Positions 1 through 12,800 of a DNA stretch of 64,000 nucleotides are shown here, piece by piece. The notes under the pieces are model-generated. The model did not search any database. It was not told the DNA's origin and saw nothing but the letters and a program-made list of their open reading frames with translations. The stretch lies in NCBI GenBank assembly GCA_051294375.1, contig CM119264.1, positions 15,837,049 through 15,901,048 on the forward strand, given 5' to 3'. This stretch comes from Paraspadella gotoi. Its lineage: Eukaryota > Animalia > Chaetognatha. Each line of letters opens with the position of its first letter. The stretch's first letter is position 1. Made by a program: the position numbers and the translations under genes.

Positions 1-1016
1 TTTTCGGTCCGTCGGTCCACCCCCTCAATCTTGTCGGGCATTCACATATATCAGGTCAAAATATCGAATTATGATAAATTATACAAAAAAAAAAAAAACG
101 ATGTCCGTCCATTCGTCTTTGTCTGTCTGTCCGTCCCACCTTAGCAAAAAACTCCAATTACTCGTGATTGGATGGATGGATTCAAATGAAATTTTGTGTG
201 TGGGTAGGGAAGTGTGTGATTGAGTTGGATATAAAGTTTCGATGGAATTGTCCGAGTGGAAATGAGTTTAAATGGAAAAAACAAAAAAATATATTTCACT
301 ATTTGAACGCCAATTACTCGAGAGTGGATGGGGCAATTGACTAGAAATTTTGTATGTGGGTAGTAAAGTGTGTGATTAAGCTGGAAATCAAGTTTTGATG
401 GAATCATCTTAGTAGAAATGAGTTTAAATGAAAAAAAAAATCTGTTTCACTAATTGATTATGCTTCTTTTTCTTTTCATAATAAATGTAAATGCAAGATG
501 TATTATATAATCAAATAATTAATCAATTAATTAATCAATTTATTAATAAATAATCAATTAATCGGCCAATTATTCAATCAATCAATTTATTTAGTATCTA
601 TTAATTAATTGTTCAATCAATTTATTTATTAATTAATTATTTAATCAATCAATCAGTCAATCTTTATCGGCATTATTATTATCGACGCCATCATCGTCGT
701 TGTTGCTTTTGTCGTGGTCAGTGACGAAAAGACCTAAAAACAAACATTTTGGATCAAATTAATTACATTTGTATTAATTAATTAAGTACCGCTAATGATC
801 GTGGGCAGATCCGACATTGTTTGCTCAAACTTGTTTGCCCCTATGGGTGACCCCTCCGGGGCCCCATATTTCGGCTCAGGGGTCAAATATTAAAATTCGC
901 CTCGATAGTTCTATTTGTATTCACATAGGGATCGTTCATACCAAATTTCAATAAATTTGGTCCAGTAGTATTCTCGAAACGTGTTCTGGTCACCTCATTT
1001 TATACTATGAAGCCTT

Positions 1017-1271
1017 TGTGGCGGTATATTCACACCGCCTCAGGTCCACCATCGTTCAGCCAAATCCATTGGCTCAGAGGGGGAACACACCATCACAGGC
1101 GTAGTGTTCCATCCATAGTCCTTACGACTTCCCTCTGCGTTGGCAAAGCGAGACCGTCCTAAGGTAACCGCGCCTGTGACTGGATGCGTCACTGAGGGTC
1201 GGAAGCCCCCAAAGCCAACAGTGAGATGCCCCATCCCAATGGGCATCAAAGGCAACCCGGCTGTTGCCATA
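1017..1271 (+). mobile_element. Solo-LTR-like unit with Pol III boxes and twister-like ribozyme (family IV)
   Basis: Termini TGTGG...CCATA. A box TGGCTCAGAGG 1070-1080, B box GTTCCATCC 1106-1114. Second copy at 26165-26417. Confidence 0.75.
1139..1219 (+). ncRNA. Twister ribozyme, type P5 (best match to consensus)
   Basis: GTTGGC aaa GCGA GA CCG TCCTAAGG TAA CCGC GC C TGTGAC tggatgc GTCACT G AGGG TCGG AAGC CCCC aaa GCCAAC. Shows UAA, P2, T2 GC/GC, P3, P4 with loop UNNNAAGC, T1 CCG/CGG and closing P5. Predicted cleavage between 1165 and 1166. Confidence 0.78.
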
Positions 1272-1645
1272 CCCTTCGTATTTATTTTCAAAATAAATTT
1301 CGTTGTTTGCAAAAAAAAACAAAAAAACAAAAAAACAAAAACCTTTAATTTGATTTTAAATTCTAAACGCAACTAAAAGATAAGTCTACTATATATATTA
1401 AAATATTAATAATTTAGGAAGCTTATCCAGCCTGCTATTGACAATTCAGGAAAAAACTAAATAAACAATAAAACTCAATGAACTTCCCCCCTCCACCTTA
1501 AAAAACAAAAGGTTAGGTTTTTTTTCAAGCATGTCGATTGTCGAGCTAATTTGTACTTTATAGCCAATGATGTGGGGGAAAGTGGTGTTTAGGCAGCTTT
1601 GTGTATTCCCCCCCTTCACAGAAATGCAGATCTAAAATTTGCGAC

Positions 1646-1962
1646 CTTTTCCATGACGATCAATGAGATGTCAGCAACAGACAAATGCGCTTTCTTGACT
1701 TCGTTTCCTTCCCAGACTCGGCAAGAAACCTTTCCGCCCCCAGCGACGGAGGCCCCGCCACCAGCGACCGGAGATGTCTTGATGTTCTGAGAGGACGACG
1801 CCGCAGCAGTGGAACTGTTCGTTTTAGTACCGCAAGCAGTTTCAAAGGCAGAGTCGTCGGCGCCGCCTAATACATCGGTGTCGTCCTGGAAGGCGGAAGA
1901 ACCAACCATCGACAAAACACCCAAGGCGTGAGAAGTATCAGAATCGCCATCATCCGTTTCGC
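1646..1962 (-). CDS. PHTF: PHTF-family gene, coding exon 5 (gene continues out of window)
   Basis: Acceptor ttttctaag|GC. KVSCRVWEGNEVKKAHLSVADISLIVMEK resembles the PHTF motif VSAIVWEGN.CKKADMSVLEISGMIM. Probable donor AAG|GTCGCA. Confidence 0.8.
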
Positions 1963-2028
1963 CTTAGAAAATTTTATTCTGTAAAAAACAAAAGCAACAT
2001 TCTCCATGACAAATTCGTCTTACACTAC

Positions 2029-2186
2029 CTTCCACTCCCACGTCTGAGTCCCAGGAAGTAGCACCGCCTGAGCGACGTTGCCCGCGCGCAGGCGATTTGC
2101 AAACCACAGCCTCATCGTCGGAGTCTTCGTCTGAGTTGTTCGACGAGAGCATAATGGCATCAAGAGCCACGCTTTTCTTCGAGTGT
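2029..2186 (-). CDS. PHTF: PHTF-family gene, coding exon 4
   Basis: Acceptor ctctttcag|A completes AGA. HSKKSVALDAIMLSSNNSDEDSDDE...VGVE. Donor G|GTAGTG. Confidence 0.7.
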
Positions 2187-2344
2187 CTGAAAGAGAAGCA
2201 ACTTGATAGCGTTTTTTAGGATCACAATGGCTTTTCAACGAAGAACAACAGTTATAATTCCACTACAGTAAATACGTAGGCAAGACTTCGTTTCCTTTAG
2301 CAATTAGACTAAATACGACACCATCTATTGAATGAAAGTACTAC

Positions 2345-2496
2345 CTCTTTTGTGAATATCTCCTTGTAGGTGAGGCGCTTCGTCTGCGAGCGGGAGAGAC
2401 GCTGTGATTGCGTTTTTCATTCGGCGGGTTCGTTGAAGACGCGAATGCAGAAGGAGAGAATTCTTCGTCCGTAAATGAAGCCGTTGAATCGCGATT
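2345..2496 (-). CDS. PHTF: PHTF-family gene, coding exon 3 (Ser-rich linker)
   Basis: Acceptor tttttcaag|AAT (phase 0), NRDSTASFTDEE...YSQK, donor AG|GTAGTA. Phases are compatible with both neighbours. Confidence 0.7.
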
Positions 2497-4542
2497 CTTG
2501 AAAAAAAATTTTAAAAGTATAGTGACCTCGCCAGACGTTACTATCAAAGAAAACTACGAAAAAAAACCGAAAAAAAAACAATGAATGCTCTAATAATAAA
2601 TTATTGATGTGATAGTAATTGATTATTAATATAATGATAACAAATTATTGATGCAATGATGACAAATTAGTGATCTGATGATAAGGAATCATTGATAGGA
2701 AAACGTTTAAAAAATGCAATGAATGAATAAAATAAAAATTTTTAATAAAATAAGTTTAATAAAATTAATTAAAAAAATTAATTGAATGAATTAATTAATT
2801 AACAAAATGAATAATTTAAATTAAAATTTATTTATTTAAAATAAATAAAAGAATTGAAATAAATTATATAAATTTAACAGTATTAAATAAATTAATTAAA
2901 TTGAACAAATTTAATCAATTTAATTTAATTAAAGAAATTGAATGAATAAATGTGGGAGAGATAAAGAAATAAAAAATGAGAGAACATTAGGGGAAAGAGA
3001 AAACAAAATAAAAAGTGAGTTTGCAAAATGATTACATGGGCGAGTTCGATCCATAATAACTTTTTTTAAATAAAAAGTATGAGTGAGTAAGAGAGAGAAC
3101 AATAAAAAGTTCCAACAAAAAATTCAGATAATTGACATTAGAGGGAATAAGTAAGTAGAATAAACAAAGAAAACAAAACAAAAGAATGTAAAGAGAAATG
3201 AAATATGAATATTAATTAATAATATAATTTAACTAAATTTTACAATGTATAACAAACAAATATAAAATTAATTAATTAATAAAAAAGGGAAAAAATTACA
3301 TTACAAGAAAAAAAAAGCTCAAATTGAGCTGGCCCCCTTGCCTTTCATGGGGCTCTCAATGAAGGTCAGGTATGGATGAGCTCGTCATGGGGAGAGTCAT
3401 TGGTAAGGAGTAGTAAAAATTCTAAATTTAACTTTAATTAAAATTCTAAAAAATGAGGAACGAACAACATTATACTAATAAACATTATGTAATAAAAAAA
3501 TTTATAATAAATTTTACAATTTACGCATAAGCCATATTTATATTAGTACTAAACCAATAAATGTTAAAATTTCAAAACAGTTTTTTCTAAGATTTTTTTG
3601 CAGATTTAGATTCGTCATAAAAAGTTGATAAAAATAAATCTAACTCTTTTTGAAAAATTCCTTCATTAAGTGGGTCAAAAATTAGAAAAAGCTATATTTT
3701 AAACTGAAAATTAACTTTTTATATATTAAATATAGTTTTTTTAATTTTTAACTCACTTAATTAGGGGGAGACTAACTCAGTAAGGTGGTTAAGAAATTTG
3801 AATTAAGCACCTGCTCAAACGAAAATTTAGATATTTTTAACAAATTTGAATTGACAAATTTTTTTAATATTACTTCATACTCCATATATTATTTTTTATT
3901 ATTTATTTATAAATAGGAAAGGCTAAAAATTTTTTTAGGATTTTTTTATTTTAAGATCAGATTCAGGTAGCTTGCAAAAAGTTGTCAACACAAAGTATAA
4001 TTCTTTTTTCGATATTATGATCATAAGTGTGTGAAAAATATGAAAAACTATTTATAATCATCATCATCATCATTTTTCGATAATTTTATTACTTTTTCTT
4101 AATTTTGACCAAGAAAACAAATATTTTTGAAAGTTGTAGTTATATTTTTTTATTTAACTTTTTATGCTCTATCAGAATCCCTCAAAAAAAGTTAAGATTG
4201 ATTAAAAAAATTTTTTATCATTATATAGTAATATTGTAATTTTAATAGCAACAATAAAAGCATTTAAATCGAACTTTTGTTAAAATTTCTTTTTTTACCT
4301 AAAAGTAGACTTCAAGACTAAAGTTTGAACCCCCGCCCCTATTGAATTTAATTTCATAGTAGATTTCTAACTTAATGAAATAATTTTTAAAAATTATTTA
4401 TATTTTCTTTTCAACTTTTGACGATGAATTCAAATCTGCATATTTTCTTTAGAACTTTTGTCAAGGAATTCAAATCTGCAATCTTTAGAGATGAAACGAA
4501 AATTCGTTGTAATAGCAATTTTTTTTTTTATTTTTATTAATG

Positions 4543-4580
4543 TACATGTTTCGACTCTTAGTATTACGAGTCTTCATCAG
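4543..4580 (-). ncRNA. Minimal type I hammerhead ribozyme (inverted copy)
   Basis: Exact reverse complement of the core at 5442-5479. Confidence 0.85.
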
Positions 4581-4621
4581 CAAATGAATTCAATAGACCA
4601 AAAAATTTTGAACATTAGTTT

Positions 4622-4652
<31 letters not shown>

Positions 4653-4744
4653 TTTCCAACAAAGAATTGAGCAAGGATAGTGGTCAGATGTGAGGACAGG
4701 TGAAAGTAGGGGAAGAGAGAGCAAATGATTTTTGAAATTGGTGA

Positions 4745-4786
<42 letters not shown>

Positions 4787-5227
4787 CACAGGGATCAATA
4801 CATTAGGCAATGTACAACAGTGAAAAATTTTAGAAAAAACTAAATATTAACAAAAGTAATAATAAATTAATTGTTAGCTGATGATTGTTGGTAAGAGAAA
4901 ATGAAATAGAAGAATAAGTGATGAGGGATAGATAAGTTAAAGATAAGTGAAATAGTAAGGTAAGAAAAAAGCTCAAAAATGAGCTGACCCCCCCCCAGCC
5001 GGGCAAATGTGGGACGTTAACGATGTAGTCGGGTCATTTTTGAGCTTTTTTCTTACCTTACTATTTCACTTATCTTTAACTTATCTATCCCTCATCACTT
5101 ATTCTTCTATTTTCATTTTCTCTTACCAACAATCATCAGCTAACAATTAATTTATTATTACTTTTGTTAATATTTAGTTTTTTCTAAAATTTTTCACTGT
5201 TGTACATTGCCTAATGTATTGATCCCT

Positions 5228-5277
<50 letters not shown>

Positions 5278-5371
5278 TCACCAATTTCAAAAAATCATTT
5301 TGCTCTCTCTTTCCCTACTTTCACCTGTCCTCACATCTGACCACTATCCTTGCTCAATTCTTTGTTGGAAA

Positions 5372-5402
<31 letters not shown>

Positions 5403-5441
5403 AAACTAATGTTCAAAATTTTGGTCTATTGAATTCATTTG

Positions 5442-5479
5442 CTGATGAAGACTCGTAATACTAAGAGTCGAAACATGTA
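5442..5479 (+). ncRNA. Minimal type I hammerhead ribozyme (PLE-type)
   Basis: CTGATGA-A-GACTC-gtaatactaa-GAGTC-GAAA-CATGTA, with palindromic stem III typical of Penelope hammerheads. Confidence 0.85.
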
Positions 5480-5599
5480 CATTAATAAAAATAAAAAAAA
5501 AAATTGCTATTACAACGAATTTTTCGTTTCATCTCTAAACTATTTTAAATAGCAAAAGAAAGTCAAAATACAAAAATCTGCAATCAAAATTAAGAAAAG

Positions 5600-6298
5600 T
5601 AGGATTAAGCTCTGACGAACAAAGCCAGAGGTTTTTTTAATATATTCTTATACTGGCAATATTGTTAATAATAAGTTTCAAAAAAATCCTACCATAAATA
5701 TAGAAAATATCAACCAAAATCTTCAGAAAATCCACCCCTTCTTTGGAAGATTTTCGCCATAGAAGATTTTTACTGAATCTGACTCCTGGTTGAAAACTCT
5801 TAGAATTCCGATCATTAGCTCCTCTTTTACTTTTACTTTAAATAAAAAATTCACCAAAATGGACTAATTCACTTTCCCAAGATCGTATCATATTAAAATA
5901 ACCAAATAAAATGTAAAGAAAAATTTTGAGAGCCCTTCAGACATATGGCTATTGGATTCCTGAATTTGAAGTTTATTGTAAAATCACAACATATGTTAAA
6001 TGCATTGACATTGTATTTAAGTTGAGAAATCCCTTTTATTTTATATATAAAAATTACATCGAAAATATTTTCCCGAGCGGACCAGTCCATTTGAATCTGA
6101 TGGTTTGATGTCAAAATGATGGTTATTTGTCAAGAGAAAAAAAATGCAAGCCCTTCAGATGCAACAGGATCGGAATCGAGTGTTTTTACATCTATTTTTT
6201 ACCTGAATTTTTTTCCAGGGTGTTGACATTATTTGGTAGTCAGATTTAACGAAAATCTCCATTGAAAAAGTCTTCCTCGATTTCTAAGAAGACTCCTA
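5600..6298. repeat. Interspersed repeat (probable non-autonomous DNA transposon)
   Basis: Inverted copy at about 53750-54469. Both copies end TAGGA...TCCTA. Confidence 0.7.
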
Positions 6299-7605
6299 AG
6301 AAAAGCCTATTTTGAAATTTTTCGATTTTATAAGGATAGTACTATATATAAATATAGCCTACTGCAAAAATTAAAAAACATATAATTAATTTTTTTTACA
6401 AATTAATGTTCACTGATGGTATGTTGTTCATAATTGACTTTTAGAATTTTCGTATGTAACTTTCACTACGCCTTAATATTTACTAAGGCGGAACAAGGTA
6501 AAAACTAAGAGTTCTGTCATATAAATAACGTTAAAGTATCTCTGTGGGATAACGAAATTTTAAAAAAAATAAAGATTTTATCTATAGTTAATAACATAGA
6601 AGCATTTAAAGTTTATCGTATTACTATAAATCATGAAAATTTTATATTTCAAATTCAGAATTTTTAAAAACGGATTCGGGTAGAGCTTGAAAAAATAAAT
6701 AAAAAATATAATTACAAGAATTCCGAATTTTTATGTTTTATTGGTTAAAATTATCAAAAAATATAAAAATTATGGTATGATGATGATGATGATTTTTAAG
6801 GGTTTTTCCCTTATTTGACCCACTTATCATCGAAATATTGAAAAACGCATTTTACTTTTTGTAGACAACTTTTTATGGGCTATCTGAATCCGTTCTTCAA
6901 AAATAAAATTTTTACAAAAAATTTTTTTCATTGCCTATGCATTTATAAATATTTAAATACTTTAATGTCATACTGTGCTTCACTAGTTATAAATGTGATA
7001 GTAAATATTGATTAAGTATATGATGGACAAATGAATTTTATATGACAGAACTTCTAATGAAAAAATCATAATAAGATCATAATAAATATATTATATCAGT
7101 TTAATACATATTGATGATTCATAGGCCTTAATATACAATAGGAAAGATGATATAAAATGACTTTCGCCAGAACTGCTGCTGGCGCATTTTTGAGCATCAT
7201 TTTTGGGAATCAAGAATGATCAATTTGTTGAGAGAAAATACATTTGCATCTCCTGTAACCAGAGGTTTTGCGAGGAAAGCCTAGTTTTTGCGCAACAATA
7301 AAAATAAATATTGCTTTCTGTACTATTCCAATATTTTTCTTATTTGAAAGATTCCTTTTCCGTTTTTAGTTAGACTTACCCTTACAGTACCTAGATTTAA
7401 AAACTAAATTTTTTCTTTTTCGTATTTTCCATACAGTAAATATTTCAAAAAGCCTTGTTTTTTGGAATCAAATTCCCTATTTTTTTTCGGCCGATAGAAA
7501 AATAAAAATTTCGTCGAATACTGCTAATCCCTATTAAAGGAATTTTTTTCCTCTTCCGGACTCTTGGACTTTCACTAAGTCTACTATTCTTACCTCGCAA
7601 CTTAC

Positions 7606-8606
7606 CCCATGCACCTTGCAATGCTTGAATCTTCTCGGCCCGAAGTCGCTAGAAGCCGAGGAATCCATGTTCATTGAATGATACTCGGCGCCTAACCTCG
7701 TGGGTGGATGCCGCGTACGTTCATGGCTACAGTATTCACTCATTGGCGACGAGAAAGGCGTCGATGGAAGGACATTCGGCGAAACTTGTGACGTATTTAA
7801 GCCTTCAACGACCGATCCGCCCGATCGGTTCTCTATCTGGTTCACAGCCTCTCCACTCCAGAAGCACCATCCCGAATCGTGACTACAGGAGCGAAGACAG
7901 CCGACTCTAGTGACACCAGAGTCTTCCACGCCAGAATCCTCGGGCATTGGGCGACGATGACGAAGACCCTCGCGCGCGGGATCGTCTATCGGGCGAGGGG
8001 CGTCCACCTGCCTGACCCTAATGTTGACTTCGTCGTCTCCATCCCGAAAATCGGAGCGAAGGTCCCTCCTGTCTCGTTCCATCTGCGAAAATGAGGCAGT
8101 GTCGCAGTGGCGCAACATAGAGGCGACGCCGTGCTCGTTGATGTCATCGAGAACGTCTCGCGACGAAGTGGGACGCAGATCGCGAACGGGAGTAGAGCGT
8201 GGCTGGCTAAGTCCCCGCATTACACTGCGTCGACGATTTAGTTCCGAGTTTGTGGACGATGACGAGGGCGAATAATCGAGACGGAAGTCCGTCCCTTTAG
8301 ATCCCGATACGATCTGAGTGTGAATGAAGGCCAGGGAAAATGCCAGTGCTAAGGGAGTCAGGATCTCCGTCATAGTAAAGGCGTCCGGTTCAGCATCAAC
8401 CCTCTCGTCCAAGGCAGTGAGGCCTAAAACGACTACGAATAGACAATAAAGGAAGAGGAAAAAGGCCCAAACGGCGACGGAGAAGTGTTGTCGCCACCAA
8501 CGAAAATAGAGTGGAAAGAGGAGGAAGCGGAGCATTGACTTCTTGGTTAAAGCACCCCAACAAAATTGGGACTTTTGCTTCGGAAAGGGGCTGCCGCGAA
8601 CCAAGT
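7606..8606 (-). CDS. PHTF: PHTF-family gene, coding exon 2
   Basis: Acceptor ttcttcttcag|AC. Encodes DLVRGSPFPKQK...LTKKSMLRFLLFPLYFRWWRQ plus hydrophobic TM segments typical of PHTF. Phase-0 donor GGG|GTAAGT, with an alternative in-frame donor GAG|GTAAGA at 7594. Confidence 0.9.
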
Positions 8607-9886
8607 CTGAAGAAGAAAAAGCAAAAGTAGTATTCAAATCCTTATCGTTCGTAACCATTCATACCGTCGCGGTCGGAATAGGTTTCTTTGCAAAATAAGA
8701 ATTAAAATTACATATCGATTGATACGATGACGATTAATTGATGAAACGATCATGTCGCTTTATTGTTGAATTTAAGGGTTGAACTTAGGCAAAGATATTT
8801 TCTTAAGGTCCGGGATCACTCAATTCAAATTATAATAGCTAAAACCGAGCTCGGATTTCGAAAGGAGAGCTCCTGACGATTCCGAAAATGTATTCACTTT
8901 ACTATTTTTTCAAAGGCGTTATCGCTTTTTCGATTTTTTTGGTACTATATAAAATAAAGAAACCTATTTGAAGAGTTGCAGCCCAAACGGTAAGGCGGTT
9001 TCTCTGAAATTTGGCATGGATTACTTTTAGGTCACAAACTCCAATTCTATGAAAAGATACTTTCAAAATTTGCCTTCCTTCATAGAAAATTTGATTATTT
9101 TAGTCAATTTTTGGATAAATTCCTTGATATCTTTGAAACGAAAAACATTTTTCCAAAAACGCGCTCATAGAATCTCCCCCACCTTTCCTTTCTTGCCCAA
9201 TATATTTTTTTCTTCAAGAAGAGTCCTGTGGTTTGAGCTGCAACTCTTCGTTTTTAACTTCACTTCGTCAAGAAAGTTAAATTCTGTACTCATTACTTTT
9301 GCAAGATTCACCACAACATACACAAGCACGGGATGTGATGATGGAGTTTGTTCAACGCCGATGTCTTAAAAAAATGGCTTACTGTTTTTAATTTTTTTAA
9401 ATTCAGATTTGATTTTTTCTTCAGAGATTTCCTAGAAATAGGGCAACTATTTTATGATATAACATTTATATAAAGTAAAAAGTCAAATTGAAATAAATTC
9501 GATAAGTTTTTTAACTCATAAAACTCATAAAAGCATAAAAACCCATATGAAAAATGTGTAGAGTAGTTTGTTTTAGACTTATTAGTGATACAACTCCAAG
9601 TATGGACTTGTACCAAAGGAAGAATTAAATATAAGAAGTAGAAATTGAGCTTACTGTAAAGAATCAGTTTTAAGTTAAAAATTTGGTTGTAGAAATTTAG
9701 CTTACATTTAAAAAAATATTTTTCTCTTGAAAATCTAGTTTTACGAAGAAAAAAAATTGTTAAAATTTTTATGAACATTTTAGGTAGATTTTTAAAAGTT
9801 TTCGATTATTTTTAATAGAAAACCTCTTACAAGATGTGAGAAAATGATTAAGATACAGTAAATTAAGATTTCTACAATATTAGATT

Positions 9887-12800
9887 AATCTGAGTGAACT
9901 ATTCTGTGAATTCAAGTTGAAGCCTTTTGTTTTCCTTTTGTTAGTCTGGCTAACAAAAGAGGCCTTGCCGCCAACTGAATTATTTTGATTGTTTACTTGT
10001 AAACTGATTGCCCTCAGATTGATCAGACTGATTTTTCTCCTGATGAAATAAACTTGCTTCTACAATTATTTTCACAATGTTTTTACTTAATATTTCAAAG
10101 TAAGAAATACATTAAGTGATAAAGAAAAACCTTTACCCTCAAATCTGATTAAACAACCAATCAAAAATGAAACAATCAATTTGAAATCCAATGTGAGACT
10201 TTCCCTGCGATGAACTGTATCATCTTAGAACTATCACATCACATGTGTCAACTCTATCGGACGCCTCTAATCAACCTCAGCGGCCTTCCGATGACTTACC
10301 ACACCTGGTGAGCCCGACAATGAACAACAAGCCAACCTTCGAACGGGGCAGAGGAGCGACATTACCACTTCCGAGGTAAGACTGGGTGAAGAATTGGAAT
10401 TAAGCGTGATCACCCATTCCGCTCACACTTTTTCCACCTGCCCCATACACCCCAATATCCCGCTCATCTCGACAACGCCGACGAGCCGCAGGCCGACGCC
10501 GCGGCGCCGCAGCTCATCCCCAGCCTTCAGCGAGGACGACGGTCAAAACCAACGTCTTCAGGCCACCTCGACGCTGCTCTAGGTTTCAACGCTCAAAGAG
10601 TCGACGTCGCCTAATTGGAACGGCGACATGGCGACCGACCAACCGACCGACAACGCTGAGAAGAAGGGAACTACGCCACATAAACGACGAATTGCGCGCC
10701 GCACTGACGGCGGCGACTCGCCGCCTCGAGAGAGCGTCAAACACGGAAGCCCGACCTTCCGGAATTCGATTCATCCAACATCGAGATTTGGATTAGAAGA
10801 GTAGAGGCAGCTTACGTCCGCGCCGGGCATCTCCACACATGAAAAACAAATTCGCTTACCTCGAATCAAAAATTTGGATCAAAGTGGATCCCAAAATAAA
10901 ATCAGTTTCTATTCGGTGAAGCGACGGAGAGGCCTGGACCCAGTGTCCTTTCAATACTTAAGGATGAATATGGATTTACTCGGCGCCAACAAGCTACTCA
11001 CCTCCTCGACAACATCGACATCGACGGATCAAGCCGTCAAGGGCTCTGGCACTCTTAGAGGAGAAAACTCGGACTCTCACTCTCGACGACTTACGCAAGG
11101 AAAAATCCTTCAGGAACTGCCGACGGAAATCCGCCGGCAACTCGAGGAGAAGGCCGGAGAACTGACCGCCCGCGACTCTGTCAACTGGCAGATCTGGCAC
11201 TACGACAATAGGTAAACCAAAGATCTGTCAGCCGACTGCACAAGTCAACAACATCGAAGGCAACCATCAGCGCCGCCTACCGTCAGAACGGACGACGACG
11301 ACGACGACGACGACGACGCCGTCAATGCCATCGACCACTCCAAGCGGAAGAAGAGAAATGGAAAAGAGCGCCGGACAAAGTCAAAGAGAGAAACAAAAAA
11401 CTAAGCTTCTCACACTTTGCAGCAAGCATCTAAAATTCGGAGATAACGCCCGATCATGCGAACCGGGCTGCCTCAAAGTACAAAGAACTGCAAAAGCATC
11501 ATGAGGGAAACGGAAGAGGGGGACGCCGTTTGGTGAAACGCCGTCCCCCAGCCAGAATCATTTTCACCAGCAGCGAGCGACCTCCTTTACATCAGGGATT
11601 CAGAGAGCAGAGTGAAATGTTGGTAGACGGCGGCCGCTCCTTCTATCAATCATACCTCCACCCGCGAACAACGCCTGAAAGGACCAAATCCAGAGACAAA
11701 ACTCAGGCGGCGAACGGATCACCTATTAGCTGCTATGGTTCAGTCAACAAAACCGTCACACTCGGGAAAAGGCGATTTGAATACGATTTTCGTCGTCGCA
11801 GATGTCACCCAGCAATATTTTGGGAGCCGATTTCCTTGCAGAGAAACTTTTCTTGCTCCAACCACCGAGACGGCCTGTTAATGGACTTTACAGGATTATT
11901 CGACGATAGCAGCGTCGACATCCTCCGGAGCCACGACTCATGCGAATTTCGTCGATAGGAAAGGCGAGAGATACTATAATTATTAGAATCTTTCCTTCGC
12001 TTTCAACGCCGACATTTGAGCTCAAGGAGCCGAGACATGGAGTGACCCACTCAAATTCCGACAGAAGGCCGACCATGCCAGTCCCGCGCCCGCCGACTTG
12101 ATCCAGAAAAACTGCAGTAGCCAAAAAGGAGCAGAGAAAATGGTTTCCCTAGGCATTCGGGGAAAAGAGAAAATCGGAATGCGTCCTCGCCTCTCCACGT
12201 TAGTAGCGAAACCGGAGGGTTGGCGCTGCTGCGAGGAGACTATCGTTCGACTCAACGCGCAGACGATAGATGACCGCTATCCGGTCAAGCTTACTGACCG
12301 ACTTCAATGGCTCAACTTGAAGGCAAAGACTATCTTTTCAAAGATAGACCTACTTAAGGGCTATCATTCAGATACCGTAAATCCTGATGATGTGAAGAAG
12401 ATGCGGTCATCACCCCCTTTGGGTTGTACGTCTTTTCCCCGCTGCCCTTTTGGGCTAAAAATGCGGTGGCAAGAGGTTGTCCAACGCCTAATGGATGAGA
12501 TACTTGGGGATATCCCTCATACATTTGGTATACCTCGACGACATATTAGTAGCGTCACCGTCGCCACGAGGAACACATACAGGATCTCTCGAGCTGTCTT
12601 CAAGGCACTGGACGGCAGCGGTCTCGTCCGTTGGATACAAAGAAGTGTCTCCTGGGCCAGGAATTCGCTCGAATTCCTCGGTTTTCTCGTTCGACAGGAC
12701 GGGTACGCCCTCTACCGCCGAACGAGTACAGACTCTACGGGGAGACAACGAAGCCCACAACGATAAAGGAGCTCCCAGAGATTCCTCGGATGATCAATTA

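Larger units (their letters stand above)
4484..5573. mobile_element. ORF-less Penelope-like element: two inverted pseudo-LTRs, each with a hammerhead
   Basis: About 500-bp inverted arms (4484-4988 and 5031-5539), a short tail, and 12-bp TSD AAATCTGCAATC (4472-4483, 5574-5585). Confidence 0.82.

Noticed and set aside
1040-1376. ORFs over the GC-rich 255-bp repeat (also 26214-26630, 35247-35570, 52378-52563)
   Set aside because: Reading frames are not conserved between copies, and the sequence is better explained as structured non-coding LTR.
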